Assembly: GCA_964016885.1 (NCBI GenBank)
Contig: OZ024744.1
Location: 28,520,001 to 28,584,000 of the forward strand
Source of the DNA: Eledone cirrhosa
Taxonomy: Eukaryota
Length of the DNA: 64,000 nucleotides
Reading direction: 5' to 3'
Part shown: positions 25,225-38,828 of the stretch, in pieces
Layout of the letters: every line of letters starts with the position of its first letter
How positions within the stretch are numbered: the first letter of the stretch is position 1
Notes under the pieces: model-generated
Seen by the model: the letters and a program-made list of their open reading frames with translations, nothing else
Told to the model about the DNA's origin: nothing
The model's database searches: none
Program-made: the position numbers and the translations under genes

Positions 25225-28200
25225 CTACAAGCTTATAAACAGAGAAGGCCCAATCACTAGGGCCATTGTTGCCACATTCACCCACTTTCAGTAAATTTAG
25301 TGGGGTGCAGTACCTCTCTCTCCACCCTGATTCTCCTTCTAAAGTGATACTTAAAGAAGGGAATCAATTGTTATCCGGAGAGAAAAGCATCTGTGCTCAG
25401 TCCTCTCAATCTCGTCAACCATATAACATCTTTCACCATAGTCACTGTACAGAGGAAAATCGCCTCTCTTTCGATTTTGAAAGAGTCTGGCGGTTTAATC
25501 CTTACTATGGACTCGGCAGTCAACTGGATTTGTTCCATACGCGACAGCAGTTGTTCTGCATAGTTCCACAGGTTGGTTACGCCCGGGCAGTGTACAATTG
25601 CGTGCAGGACGTTTTCAATATCCTGCGCGCATCTTGGACACGTCCTCTTGGAAGGATCCCTGCCGGGACGTCCGTGCCTGTAGATCTTTTTGCGAACCTG
25701 TAGAGCTCCTTGGTAGCACTGCCAAGCTAGGGACCTCTGGAAGTTGTCCATGGGTCCCGGGCGGAAAGTCCGACCAAACAGACACGTGAGCTCATCATCT
25801 TCGACGCCCAGTGTCTGTCCGAGCACGACGTCGCCCTTGGAACGTACAATCCCTCTATAGAATGACGAAGTGGAGTCTCCACTGATTGCTGTGCCCGCTT
25901 GCCAGAGGACTATGTGTGCCTGAGCGCATTCAATGTGCCAGCCGCCCATCGTTTTCGGTCTTTTCTGGTCCCAGGATTGCATCTCCGTCAGCGAGACGAG
26001 CTGCGGGAAAGGCTGTCTCACAAACGGTGCCCACACCGGTTGGGGGTCGGTGAGGAGTACCTGGAGATGCCGCAGCCTCAGCGCTTGTTTGCGCATCATC
26101 AGCCGCGGCATTCCGAGCCCTCCGTTGGAAGGGTGCTGAGAGCAGACGGATCTCCCCACCAGCGGAGCCTTCTTCTTCCACAGAAACTGCAAGAGAATGC
26201 GTTCCATCTTGGCGAGCAGTCAAGTGGTAGTAGATGACGGACGCTATGAAAATGTTTGCCACCTCCGCTCGACCTTTCAAGGACAGTTTGCACTCTGCCC
26301 ACTTCTGGGTGAGCGCAAACACCTTGGCCGTAACCTCGTTACAGTTTTTCTCCACTTGGAAGTCTGGACCGAACCAGACCCCGAGCAATTTCACCGGTCC
26401 GTCTGTCCAGCGTCCAGCGACGATGTCCGACGTCATCGGTTTGCCTCTCCACGTACCGTGTTGCAAACCGACAGTCTTGTCCGGGTTTAGTTTTTCTCCC
26501 GTCAGCGTTTCGTATACTTTCAGTAAGTTGCCGATCACCCCGATTTCCGAGGTGCTCAACACCTATTACCGTCATGTCGTCGACATAAGCCGACGCCGCT
26601 TTGTTCAGTCCCGGTTCTAGAGGCATGCCCAGCTACAGCTCCAATTTCGGCATGCCTATGTAAAACTTATAGGGTAGACCATCTAGATCGGGTGAATTGC
26701 GTTTCCTGCAGCGGCCCAGAGCGTCCCGTATCTCAGTGAATGTGATCGGTCTTTCGCAGAACTCGGCGTCCATGCTCGAGAGACGCGGCAGGCCATCGAG
26801 GTATGAACCAAAGTGCATTTCCCTATTCGGTGCACCGTCGTTCTGCTCAAACAGTCGCGCAAAGTGCCGCTGAAAGGCCGCGCACATCTGCCTGGGGTCA
26901 AGTAGCACGCGTCCGTTTTGGTCTTTGAAAGACCGAATCGTGAAGTTGTTGCCACTTTTCGCCTCCGCCACTCGGGCCCAGCTAACAGCTCTTGCTCCCT
27001 CGTTTCCTAGAGCACGTGATTTACTTTTGACCACGCAGCCTTCGTTTTTCGCGTCGAAAAACTGGTCCAGTGCCGTTCTCGATGCTAGCACTCTAGATGC
27101 GTTGCCACTCCTAAACGCCTCTTCTACCTTGTCTACCAGTTCTGTTTCTGGTTTGTTTTTCTCTAAAGCTAATTTTCTGCTAAACACTATCGATTCTACT
27201 CTAATTGCTCTCTTGAGAAAGTACCACCATCTATTGTGGACGATGGCTCCCGTCAACTCTTGCTTAACTAATCTACTTAGTCGTTCACTGTAAGCTTTTC
27301 GTGCCGGCAACATGTTCAGCTTCCAGTATCCGGGTCCTTGTCTATGTATTCTATCACGGTTGATTATGCAGAGGACTAGTTTGTGATCTGAATAGGCAAC
27401 CATGTGAAATTGTGGACAGCTTAACATCTTCTTGTCCTTTAATCTAATGAAAAACCTATCTAGATACGATCTAGATGTCCCGCTGCTGTTTCCCCACTTC
27501 CACTGTGGTGCAGTCGGGAAATCTTGTCGATATCTATCGGGAAGTTTGAATTGGCCGATTAGATTTTTGAGGCTGCTGCACCCCGCTCTACTGGGACATG
27601 CTCCCACATAGTCCCACCGTGCATCTAGGATATCATTCCAGTCCCCCACTAAAAGTAAGGAGCGTGACGTTCCCAGAAAAGACTCTAGACGCTTAAAGAA
27701 GTCTGGCCGCGATTGTGATTGCCCGGTCGGGGCATAAACGGCCACCAGTCTGAAGGCTCCACCTCCAATACTGTTCACTAGGACTACCAGTCTACCCCCA
27801 CGGGTCCAAGTGTACTTACTGTACTTCGAGATTCAGGTTTTTCCGAAACATGACAGTCCCTCCCCTCCACCTCCCGGCTGACAGAGATGCGTAGATCTCA
27901 AAGTCATTGAAGATGGGGGTTAGTAGCTGCCTGTTGTGGATCCTGGACTCGGTGATGGTTATTACATCTTGAATTGGCAGTATCGGTAGAGGGTTGGACG
28001 CCATGCTTTCTAGCATAGTTACGTCACTTTACGGTCTGAGTTCAAATCCCGCCAAGGTTAACTTTGCTTTTCATCCTTACGGGGTCGATAAAATAAAGTA
28101 CCAGTAATGTACTGGGTAATTGCTGGCCTTGTGCCTAAAGTAGAAACAGTTATTACATCTACACCGTATGACCTAAGGTCGTTTAAAGTTGGCTCTGTTT

Positions 28201-28254
28201 CCATGGCATCCGTAGGCCACGAACATTCACGCTTCTAACTCGTAAGTCAGCCAT
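25225..28254 (-). pseudogene. Tx1 ORF2 pseudogene (APE endonuclease, partial RT, zinc finger)
   Basis: Motifs: MADLRVRSVNVRGL, VGDWN, YLDR, SDH, GPGYWKLN, SPDLDGLP, AYVDD, KLLGVWFG, CPRC…HC. It has frameshifts, stops, a SINE insertion and an RT deletion near 26648. Confidence 0.88.
27970..28148 (+). mobile_element. tRNA-derived SINE (MetaSINE-like central domain, octopus-type)
   Basis: B-box-like GAGTTCAAATCCC followed by CTTTGCTTTTCATCCTTACGGGGTCGATAAAAT..GTACCAG. A 12-bp TSD GTTATTACATCT lies at 27958-27969 and 28149-28160. Removing the insert restores NDLRSYGVDVITITE in Tx1 ORF2. Confidence 0.88.
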
Positions 28255-28897
28255 GTTGGTGGAGAAGAGTTGGCGAAAAGGACGAAAAGGTGCACTTACT
28301 TTTCGTTTCCTGGACATCGGGTTGTTCAATCTCCATTTCAGTTCTGGTGGGGTGTTGGGTGGGGTGGGGAAACATTTTAATAAGACGCGGTTAATTAGTT
28401 TTTGACAGGGGTTGCCAACATCGTGCGAAAACTGTTCTTTCAATTTCTGATTGGTTTCTATCGAAACCTTATTAGTTTTAGGTGTGGTTGAGAGTCTGCT
28501 TTAACAAAAGTTTTCCCCTCAGTTTCTACTTTGGGGTCTTGGGAGATGACCTCCATTAGGTTTTTGTTGTTTGTGTTAATTTATGTGTATTGTTGTTTGT
28601 TTGTTTGTTGTTTTGTGGGCATTTGTGTTTGGGGTGGTGTTGGTGTTTGTTTTGCTGGTAGGGGGAGGGGGGGGGGGGGTGATTGTGGTCGTGTTTGTGT
28701 TGTTGTTTGTGTTGGTGGTTGAGTGTTCGTGTTGGTGATTGTTGTTTTTGTGGCTTTGCGGTGTCTCTTTTTTTGTTTTTCTTTATTTCCGAGGCTCTCC
28801 TTCATCTTCACTTGAGGATGGAGAGGTAGCTTCGTCTGGTGATGAATCGTCATCAGGGGCTTGTGGGAGGCGTATTTTGTGTGGTGATGGTGTGTTT

Positions 28898-29851
28898 CTA
28901 TGTGTGATTGTGGTAGTGTTGGATGGAGTGTGATGGGGTGGCACTGTGTTTTTCAGGGGAATTTTTAGTGTTTTTTCTGTTGTTTGTGGTTGAACAGTTA
29001 TTTGTGTGTTTGCTTGTTTTGTGTGTTGTTGTTGTTGTGGTTTTAGTGTTGGTGTTGGTAAAAGTACTTTTTATGGGGGGGGGGGTCGTAAGAGGGGACA
29101 GGAGGCCTTTAAATGTGGCCTCCTGACCTTCTGCCGAAATCTGTACACAGTTTCTTTTGTCTACTGGCACCCTTTCCGGTATCTTGGAAATTCTGTCGGG
29201 TTTCATTTGGACCAAAATTTCCAAGCTTGTGCTGTTCCAGGTGTTTCTTGTGGATTTTTGAATCGACAGTATTGTGTTTTCATCCTCCTCCAAGAACCCT
29301 GCCACAATCCACCAGATGTTAATGTTGGGTGGTATATTGGTAATGTTTATTCTTTGTGTTCTTTTTCCCATGTATGTAGGGAAAAAGGTGTGTGTAGCAG
29401 AGGTGACCGGGGTCACTGAGTATTTTTTCGCAAGGGCCTCACTTTTGAAGAGCACCGAAATGCTTCCATATAATTTAGCCCTTTGCATGAATTGTATGTC
29501 TGGCATTGCCTCTTTCAAGACGATTTCAATTTCGCCTTGAGTAAGGAAAGCCGGTTTTTTTTGTTTGTTCAAAATCGTGCGAAAAGTCACAGTCCTTCGC
29601 ATTGTGTCGGCTTTGATTTGTGGCAGAAAAGTTATGTTAAATCCCCCTTTTCTCTCGAAAGTAATATATTTTTTTCCTTCATTGATCATTTTCTTCGCAT
29701 TGGAAATATCAATATTTGTAAAAGTTCCTTTGTTTATTGTCGCCAAAGATTTGTTATGGTTGCTGCTGTTGTTGTCATTGTTGTCATTGTTGTCGTTGTT
29801 GTTGTTGTTTTTGTTATTCTCAATTGCTTGATTTGTGGTTGTGGAGTTCAT
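28898..29851 (-). pseudogene. Tx1 ORF1 (nucleic-acid-binding), main segment; frameshifted Thr/Pro-rich tail continues to ~28260
   Basis: 317-aa ORF upstream of ORF2, homologous to 1-850 and more distantly to 58175-58849 (RTVT.RT, P.Y.G.K…VPP motifs). Confidence 0.75.
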
Positions 29852-29896
29852 TTGTGAAGTTGTGTTTTTTTCTTGTTCAATATTTTTTTGTGCCGT

Positions 29897-30715
29897 AAAG
29901 CTATACTTTTACAAAATCATCGGCTTTTTCCAAAAGGAGATCCCTGCCCACAGGGGTGCCCCTATTCAATATGTGCCAATTCTGAGAGACAACATTCATC
30001 TGTAGAACAAACGTAGCCCATGTGTCAAGTTTTGTGAAAATCGGTTCCGAACTCCAGAAGTTATGACGTTTTGTTGCATTGCACGGCTTCCAAGAAAGCG
30101 GTTAAAGGAGGTTATCTGCCGGGAGGCCCTATAATCAATCTGGAAAAATAAAAGTGTCCATGACCATCCGGAGTACATAAGTAACCTATGTCTTAAGTTT
30201 GGTGAAAATGCTGTAGAAATGCATATGGTTTACACACACGCGCGCGCGCGCGTTTGTGTGTGTGTATGTATTTTTGTGTGTGTATGTCCGTCGGCGCATA
30301 CGTATGTACTGGCCTAAATCTTCACTATTTACTTTTACTATTTTAATAACCTCTGTCATTTTCGTTTACAATTTTATTTACATCATTCTTAAACGCCGGG
30401 GCTGGAAATCATTCATTTATTTTAAATAGAATATCAGTCTAACGACTCCAAATATTCCATAAACTTGGTCTTGTCTTTGCATGAAATTATTCTTCTGGGT
30501 CCACATTACGACGTATTATCCTCGCTTGTTTTCTGTTCATTGCCAGGGAACGTCTTCACGAACCAAAATATCGTCTTCCTGTTTTCCTTCGGTTGCAATG
30601 TTTCTCGAAATATTGACTTCTGCGTTCGCAGATTGATTCTTTTAGTTTCAGAAGATCCCGTTAGGGGTGAAAGCAGCTATTCTTTGCTTAAACTTTAATC
30701 TGTTCTTATAACAAA
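29897..30715 (-). mobile_element. Partial inverted copy of the Helitron/Naiad-3'UTR composite
   Basis: 29897-30635 is the diverged reverse complement of ~31943-32825. It lacks the CTAG terminus and retains a complete hammerhead at 30628-30703. Confidence 0.8.
30628..30703 (+). ncRNA. Naiad pLTR hammerhead-like motif (CAGAAGA core), copy
   Basis: GCAGATTGA…AGTTT-CAGAAGA-TCCC GTTAG GGGT-GAAA-GCA…TGC-TT-AAACT-TTAATCTGT. Confidence 0.7.
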
Positions 30716-31044
30716 TATATATATCTATCTAATATATATTTGTGAAATGGGTGGTGGTTGAAATTCATATGTGCACGGTTAAATGGTAGTAGACGTGGTC
30801 GGACTGATATGAAGATTTACACACCTATGTAAAGAGTGCCAAGGAAGCAAATAGACGAGGTTTCAAATCTCTAACTTAAAAAAATGTGGTCCCTGGGGCC
30901 CCAAAACTATCGTGTTCGGTGAGTTATTTCCCCCTGTTCTAATACTTTTGTCTTATTTACAATTTCATACAAATAAAGCAGTAAAATCCCGTAGTAAGAC
31001 CTAAACAAATGGTCTGATACACCATGACGCACCGTGCATCACGG

Positions 31045-31160
31045 TGGAGTTGAAAAGCAAACTCAGAACATGGCGTTGTGTGGGGGTGGCTCGAAGCCCA
31101 ATGTTCCAGGGGGAGCAAAAGAAGAAGAAGAAGAAGAAGAAGAAGAAGAAGAAGAAGAAG

Positions 31161-31189
<29 letters not shown>
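31045..31189 (+). mobile_element. Short LINE 3' end (RTE-like) with (GAA)n tail
   Basis: RTWRCVGV-like terminal codons followed by ~30 GAA repeats (31101-31189). Confidence 0.5.
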
Positions 31190-31191
<2 letters not shown>

Positions 31192-31401
31192 GAGCTGGAG
31201 TCCTATCAAATATGTAGGTTGTGTCTAAAATTGAAGGTTTAGTAGAAACAATTCATGAATAGTTTTGTACTTTTCTTTTTGTCATTCATATATAAACAAA
31301 TCTACTATATAAATTGGAAGTGGTCGGACGTTGTATATGTAGGTGTAGTCGGATAAACGTCGAAACGGCTTGGTGGAATGCAGCGAAAATTTACACAGTT
31401 A

Positions 31402-31720
31402 ATTGCCAGAGAACGTCTCTATGAACCACCTAAGAGAACATTAGTCTACGACTTCTTTTATACCATAAAAGTGGTTTTGCCTTTGCGTGTAATTGTTTTT
31501 TCCCCGCTCCAAATAATGACGTATTATATTCGTTTTTTTCCCGTTCTTTGCCAGGGAACGTTTCCACGAACCAAAGTATCGTCTTCCTGTCTTCCTCCGG
31601 TTGCAACGTTTTTTGAAATATTTACTTCTGCGTTCACAGATTGACTTTGTTAGTTTCAGAAGATCTCGTTAATGGCGAAAGCAGCGATTCTTTGCTTAAA
31701 CTTTAATCTGTTATTTCAAT
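31402..31720 (+). mobile_element. Naiad 3' UTR/pLTR fragment with a hammerhead copy (31636-31711, stem II mutated)
   Basis: Matches 52449-52745 and ends in (TA)n. It is flanked by two copies of a ~100-bp Helitron 5' end (31301-31401 and 31732-31840). Confidence 0.85.
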
Positions 31721-31731
31721 ATATATATATA

Positions 31732-32908
<1,177 letters not shown>

Positions 32909-35900
32909 TATATATATAAATGCAAGTTTACGATTCTGTGTGTCCGCCTAAAACTAGCAAACTACCGGACCAAACTCCTCAAAATTACATGTACATATTC
33001 AGTATACACTCGGACAGGTAACGGTCGAAAAAGTTTTACTTTGTAAAGCAAGGAATTCATTTAAATACAATTTATCTTATTTTCTAGTGAATAGCAAAAG
33101 AGATCATCCATTTTGTTTCTTTATATTCTCCAGACTGAAGATAAGACAGTGAGAGATGGGAGAGAGAAAGAGATAGAGTAAGGGATGAGAGAGAAAGAGA
33201 GAGAGTGAGTGGATGGGAGAGAGAGAGTAAGGGGATGTGAGAGAGAAAGAAATAGAGTAAGGGATGAGAGAGAGAGAGTGGGAGATGGGCAAGAGAGAGT
33301 AAGGGGATGTGAGAGAGAAATAAAGAAAGTAAGGAGATGAGAGAGAAAGACGATTAAAGAGAGCGAGGGAAAGTAACCAGCGTTCTTAATTTTTATTTAT
33401 TTATTATTTTTACACACTTTTTAACTCTCCTGCTTCCTTAACGTTATTTATCTTTTCTTTATTTTTGTTCACTATTCCGTAGAGAGAGAGAGGGGGGGGC
33501 GGGGCGTGAGAGAGAAAAAGAGAGGGAGATTAATGAGATCGGAGAGAGAGAGAGCGAAAGTGGCTAGCGTTCATTAACTTTTATTTATTTATTATTTTTA
33601 CCTTAACTCTCCCAATGTTATTTATCTTTTATTTAATTTTTGTTTACTATTGTGTAGAGGATGAGAGAGAGAAAGAAAGAGAGGAGATGAGAAAGAGAAA
33701 AGGAGTGAGGCGGATGGAGAGAAAAAGACAATAAGAAAAGAGAAAAGAGGGAAGAGAGAAAAAAAAGTAAAGAGGCAGGAGAGAGAGAGGGTGATTGGAG
33801 GGATTCTTTAACTAACGTGTGTCCGCGTTTATGTGTATATTTACACACACATATGTGTTATGGCGTTCTTTAACAGACGATATATGTTACCATCAAAGCT
33901 TATTTTCTACATATGTCTAAAGAAATCAGATGCTTTTATAGAAGTATATATGTATGTATTTAACAGACAAAAAAACAAAACGGTATTTTTAAGAGATATT
34001 ATTTGAATATATTATTTTCCGCTGTTATTTGAATTAACACAGAAAATATTCTTTTTTGTAGTGTTTGTCGTTGTTTTTGGATACAATCTGAAATCCCAAT
34101 ATTTTCTACATACGTCTAAAATTAATTACACCTAATATACATTCGTATAAAGAGATCATTTAAAACAACTTTACTGAGTGAACAAAACAGTTGTTTCTAT
34201 TTCGGAAATAGTGTGGTGTGTAATAATTGTTTCTACTTTTGGCATAAGGCCAGCAATTATTCCAGTGCATTACTAGTACTTTATTTTATCGTGTGGTGTG
34301 TAATAATATCACTTCAAATGCCTAGAAAACGTTCCAGATCATTATATGGAAGGTCATCTTCAGAGGCTAAGAGAAAGAAAACACAGCAATCAGAAGAAAG
34401 TGAAGAAGCTCGGCATGCCCGTCTAGCTGCTAACAGAGCCCAAACAGCTTTAGCACGAGCACACCGTTTGGATGAAAGGGAACAAAGTACTGCTGCTACA
34501 CGAGAACAACAAATTAAGGAACAGCAGCAAATCAGATGAAATGCTAATCAAGCACATTGTTCTACTGCCCGAGCAGGAGAACAAGCCACATGTAAAATGA
34601 ACTGGCTGATGGGTGCTTTTTCTTATGACCCTCAAAAAGACCACAGCAGTAATCCACAAATCAACATTGGGAAAATGAACAAATGCTGCCAGTATTGTGG
34701 TGCCAAGAAGTGGGCAGCAGAAACACCAAGTTTATGCTGCTCAAAAGGCAAAGGGAGCCTTAAAACAATACAAGAACCTCCTGAATTTCTGAAGAATCTC
34801 CTCCTTCAGCATACACTAGAATCACGACACTTCAATAAATACATCATAAAATATAATTCTGCCTTTCAAATGACATCTTTTGGAGCTGACAGGAATGTCA
34901 CTGACTTTAGATTCTGTACAACTTATAAAATTCAGGGACAGTGTTACCACTTAATGGGTGGCCTTCTACCACTTTCACAGGAGCCTCACAAATTTGTGCA
35001 GGTTTGCTTCATGGGTGAAAATGAAACACAGGCACAACAAAGATGTACCAATGTCCATGGAGGATTGCAGTTCTAGATAGTCATAAAGTTACAAGAAATG
35101 CTTCACCAACATGCACTGGAGCATATGAACAACACCAGAGATCGTAAAATCATCATTAGGGCAGACAAACGCCCAGCTTCAGAACATGAATGCAGATTCA
35201 ATGCACCTGTCACTGACGAAGTTGCAATCATAATGATTGATGAACAGCATGAACGACGTGACATTGTTTTGCGAAAACGAAGTGGACATTTGGAGTGAAA
35301 CTCATAGAACCTATGATTCACTCCAATATCCGCTCATCTTTTGGAATGGTCAAGATGGATATCATTTTCAGCTGCGGCAGATCAGCCCAGGAACGGGACA
35401 AGAAACTGGCCGATCAATCAGCTGCAAATAATTCTATGCTTATCATTTCATGGTATGTGATCACTTCAACCAAGTTCTGCGATTCAAAGAAGTAACCAGC
35501 CAAAATTGAAACAGATTGGGTTTTCTGCCAAGGAATCAAACTAAGTTGAGGGCAGATAACTACATCCACCTTAGAGATGCCATCAATTCTGATGTTGATC
35601 CAAGAAATATTGGCCAGCCAGTCGTACTACCATCAAGCTTCACGGGAGGACCACGTTACATGCATGAACGTACGCAAGATACAATGGCCTGTATCAGAAC
35701 ATTTGGTCGGCCAGATCTCTTCATTACATTTACATGAAATTCAAACTGGTCAGAAATATCAAATGAATTATTTCAAAATCAAAATCCAAAGGATTGACAT
35801 GACCTCATTGCTCGAGTTTTCCATGAAAAGCCCCAAAAGGTCATCTGGTTCCTAAAAGAAGGAAGAATCTTTGGTGAACTTAGTGCTTGGATGGCCACCA

Positions 35901-38828
35901 TTGAGTGGCAGAACAGAGATCTTCCTCACTCTCACGCACTAATCTGGTGCAAGGAGAAGATAAGACCAGATGATGTTGATAAGATCATTTCAGCAGAGTT
36001 GCCTGATAAAGGTGGTGATCCAGAGATCTTTGAAACCAACAAGTCCAAACTCATTAATGATAAATGTGGAGTCATCAATCCAGCCTCTCCCTGTATGAAA
36101 AATAAAAAATGCAGCAAACATTATCCTAGAGCTTTTATTCGGGAAACTCGGACTGACAATAATGGATACCCCATTTATCGTAGGCGTAGACCAGAACATG
36201 GAGGCAATAATGAAAGCCTAGCAGTTCGAGAAGAGGAGCCGACCATAAACAATCAGTGAGTCTTCCCGCACAACAAATTGTTGTGTAAACTTTTAAAAGC
36301 TCATATCAATGTTGAGTATTGCAGCTCCGTCAAGGCAATCCTATATGTCACAAAATATATCAACAAGGGCAGTGACATGGCTACTTTTATTACTGACAAA
36401 GAACTCCATGATGGTGGGCAGCATGAGGTCAAACGGTATTAAACAGGTCGATACATCTCCAGTAATGAAGCTATCTGGCGAATCTTTGGATTTGATATCC
36501 ACCAACGCCACCCAACAGTGATCAACCTCTCAGTCCATCTGGAAAATGGACAAAGAGTGTACTTCACTGAGGTCACTGCTCATTAGTTGTCACAAGCATA
36601 ACATGAGACTACACTAACCGCTTTCTTTAAACTCTGCCAGAATGATGAATTTGCTCGATCCCTCCTATATGCTGAAGTCCCAACATACTACACCTGGACT
36701 AATTGCAAGACCTGGAATCGAAGAAAGCAGGGTCATTTAGTGGAAGATCATGAAATCAAGTCAAGTGATGCTATTGGGCGTGTTCACAATGTCCATCCCA
36801 ACAACAGAGAATGTTTTTATTTATGGCTACTTCTGCATACTGTTCGAGGACCAACGTCATTTGAGTATCTTAGGTGCTTCAGAGGAAGGGAGTGTGCAAC
36901 ATACCAAGAAGCATGTAAATAGCATGGACTCCTGCATGACAATTGACACTGGAAGAAGTGCCTAGAAGAAGCAGCAATCACTCAAGTAGCCAGTCAACTA
37001 AGACAATTATTTGCTATTATGCTCACAGCATGTGGAATTGATGAAGCTCATCTACTCTGGCAGGAGTACAAAAACAATATGTCGGACGACTATCTACACC
37101 TAGCCCGAAGACATCATGGCAATATTTATATGGAATATGCCCCAGGATTTACAATCAAGCTCTCTGTGACCTGTCCCATCTAGTTCAGGCAATGAATAGC
37201 ACATTAGCTAACTGCGGGATGCCAGAGCCAGATGAAGAAATGGATGTAGCACAATACATTTTTCAGGAGACAAACTACGATATTCAAGCATTTCCTAAGT
37301 TTGTGGATGAAAATGAACCTCGATTGATGGATGACCAGAAATACGCCTACCACAACATCATCGAAAGCATTCAAAATGATAGGAGAGGACTTTTCTTCAT
37401 CGATGCTCCTGCTGGCACAGGCAAGACATTCCTCATAAACCTCCTGCTTGCAAAAGTTCGCCAAAAGCAACATATTGCCCTTGCTTTGGCTTCAAGTAGC
37501 ATTGCAGCAATACTTCTGGATTGAGGCAGAACTGCACACTCCATGTTTAAGCTGCCCATAGATCTCACACGGCATGAACAATCTTTTTGCAACATCAATA
37601 AGAACTCACCCAAGGGCAAGCTTCTGCAAACATGCAAGATGATAATTTGGGATGAACCTACTATGAGCCATAAAGGAGCAATTGAATCTTTGGACCGGAC
37701 GATAAGGGATCTGAGAGAAAATAGTTGCATAATGGGAGGAGTGACAATGGTTCTTGCTGGTCATTTCAGACAAACTCTGCCTGTAATTCTTCGAGGGACT
37801 CGAGCTGAATAGGTCAATGCTTGTCTGAAAACATCCTATCTCTGGCCCAACTTTCAGCTGCTGAGCCTTACAACCAACATGATAGAACACTTAAATGGTG
37901 ACGAAGGTGTCAGTGAGTTTGCCATCCCACTACTTAAATTGGGAAATGGACTTCTTGAAAAGGACTCCAATGACCATATTCAGTTGTCATTTGGCCATAT
38001 CATTGACACATAACAAGAACTGATTGCCAGAGTGTTTCCAAACATTCAGACCAGGCAATGTGATCCGAAATGGTTCTGTGAACGAGCAATCTTAGCACCT
38101 AAAAATGTTGCTGTTAAGGAAATCAACAGAAGGCTGCTGGAGATGTTACCGGGAGAGAAAATATGTTACAAAACAGTTGACACAATCACTTCTCAAGACC
38201 ATGTTGTAAGCTATCCAACTGAATTTTTGAACAATCTTGAACAAGCGGAAATTCCTCCACACAACCTGATACTGAAGCTTGGAGCATCGGTTATGCTACT
38301 TCGCAATCTGGATCCTCCAAAACTTTGTTATGGCACAAGACTCATCATCAAAAATATGATGTCCAATGTTCTAGAAGTTGCAATCATGTCAGGAAAATTT
38401 GCTGGTGACAATTGTTTTATTCCCAGAATACCTCTGAAGCCAACTGATTTGCCATTTAAATTTCAAACACTTCAATTTCCGATCAGACTCAGTTTTTCCA
38501 TGACCATTAATAAATCTCAAGGGTAATCATTGAAAGTCGTTGGGTTGAATCTGGCAGATCCTGTCTTTTCACATGGTCAACTCTATGTTGGCACAACAAG
38601 GGTTGAGAACCCTGATTGTCTCTTCATTGTGGCACCACAGGGCAAAACCAAGAATGTTGTTTATCCAGAGGCTTTGGAATATACAATGTCGTAATTCCTC
38701 ATTCAATGACAATACACACAGATCCTAATTCCTTAGTCATGTAGTTTGCAAGGAATTCTGAAGCCGCAAATTTACTGCATGGTGTTACTTTGGAAAAATA
38801 TGCAGGCATTCCCGGGTACCTCTGCTAT
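32909..38828 (+). mobile_element. Decayed autonomous Helitron
   Basis: Starts directly after the previous CTAG with TATATATATAAATG. It contains the Rep-helicase pseudogene and ends CCCGGGTACCTCTGCTAT, the same terminus as 32891-32908 with CTAG changed to CTAT. Confidence 0.85.
34318..38694 (+). pseudogene. Helitron RepHel pseudogene (HUH endonuclease and PIF1-family SF1 helicase)
   Basis: Motifs in order: CQYCGAKKW..ET..CC..G, YNSAFQMTSFG, YDSLQYPL, LPSSFTGGPRYM, PDLFITFT, EWQNRDLPHSH (HUH), YVTKYINKG, APAGTGKT (Walker A), IWDE, QFPIRLSFSMTINKSQG, SHGQLYV..TRV. Many stops and frameshifts. Confidence 0.95.

Larger units (their letters stand above)
24990..29895 (-). mobile_element. Tx1-clade LINE copy D, near full length, RT core deleted, SINE inserted
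   Basis: Carries ORF1, ORF2 with APE endonuclease and C-terminal zinc finger, and a 3' end AATAAAGAAAT at the satellite boundary. The 5' UTR is cut off by Helitron sequence near 29897. Confidence 0.9.

Noticed and set aside
30724-31200. Another Helitron (TC start, CACCGTG-CAT-CACGGTG hairpin at ~31030-31046)
   Set aside because: No clear CTRR terminus at the expected spacing, and the region is disrupted by the (GAA)n-tailed insert.
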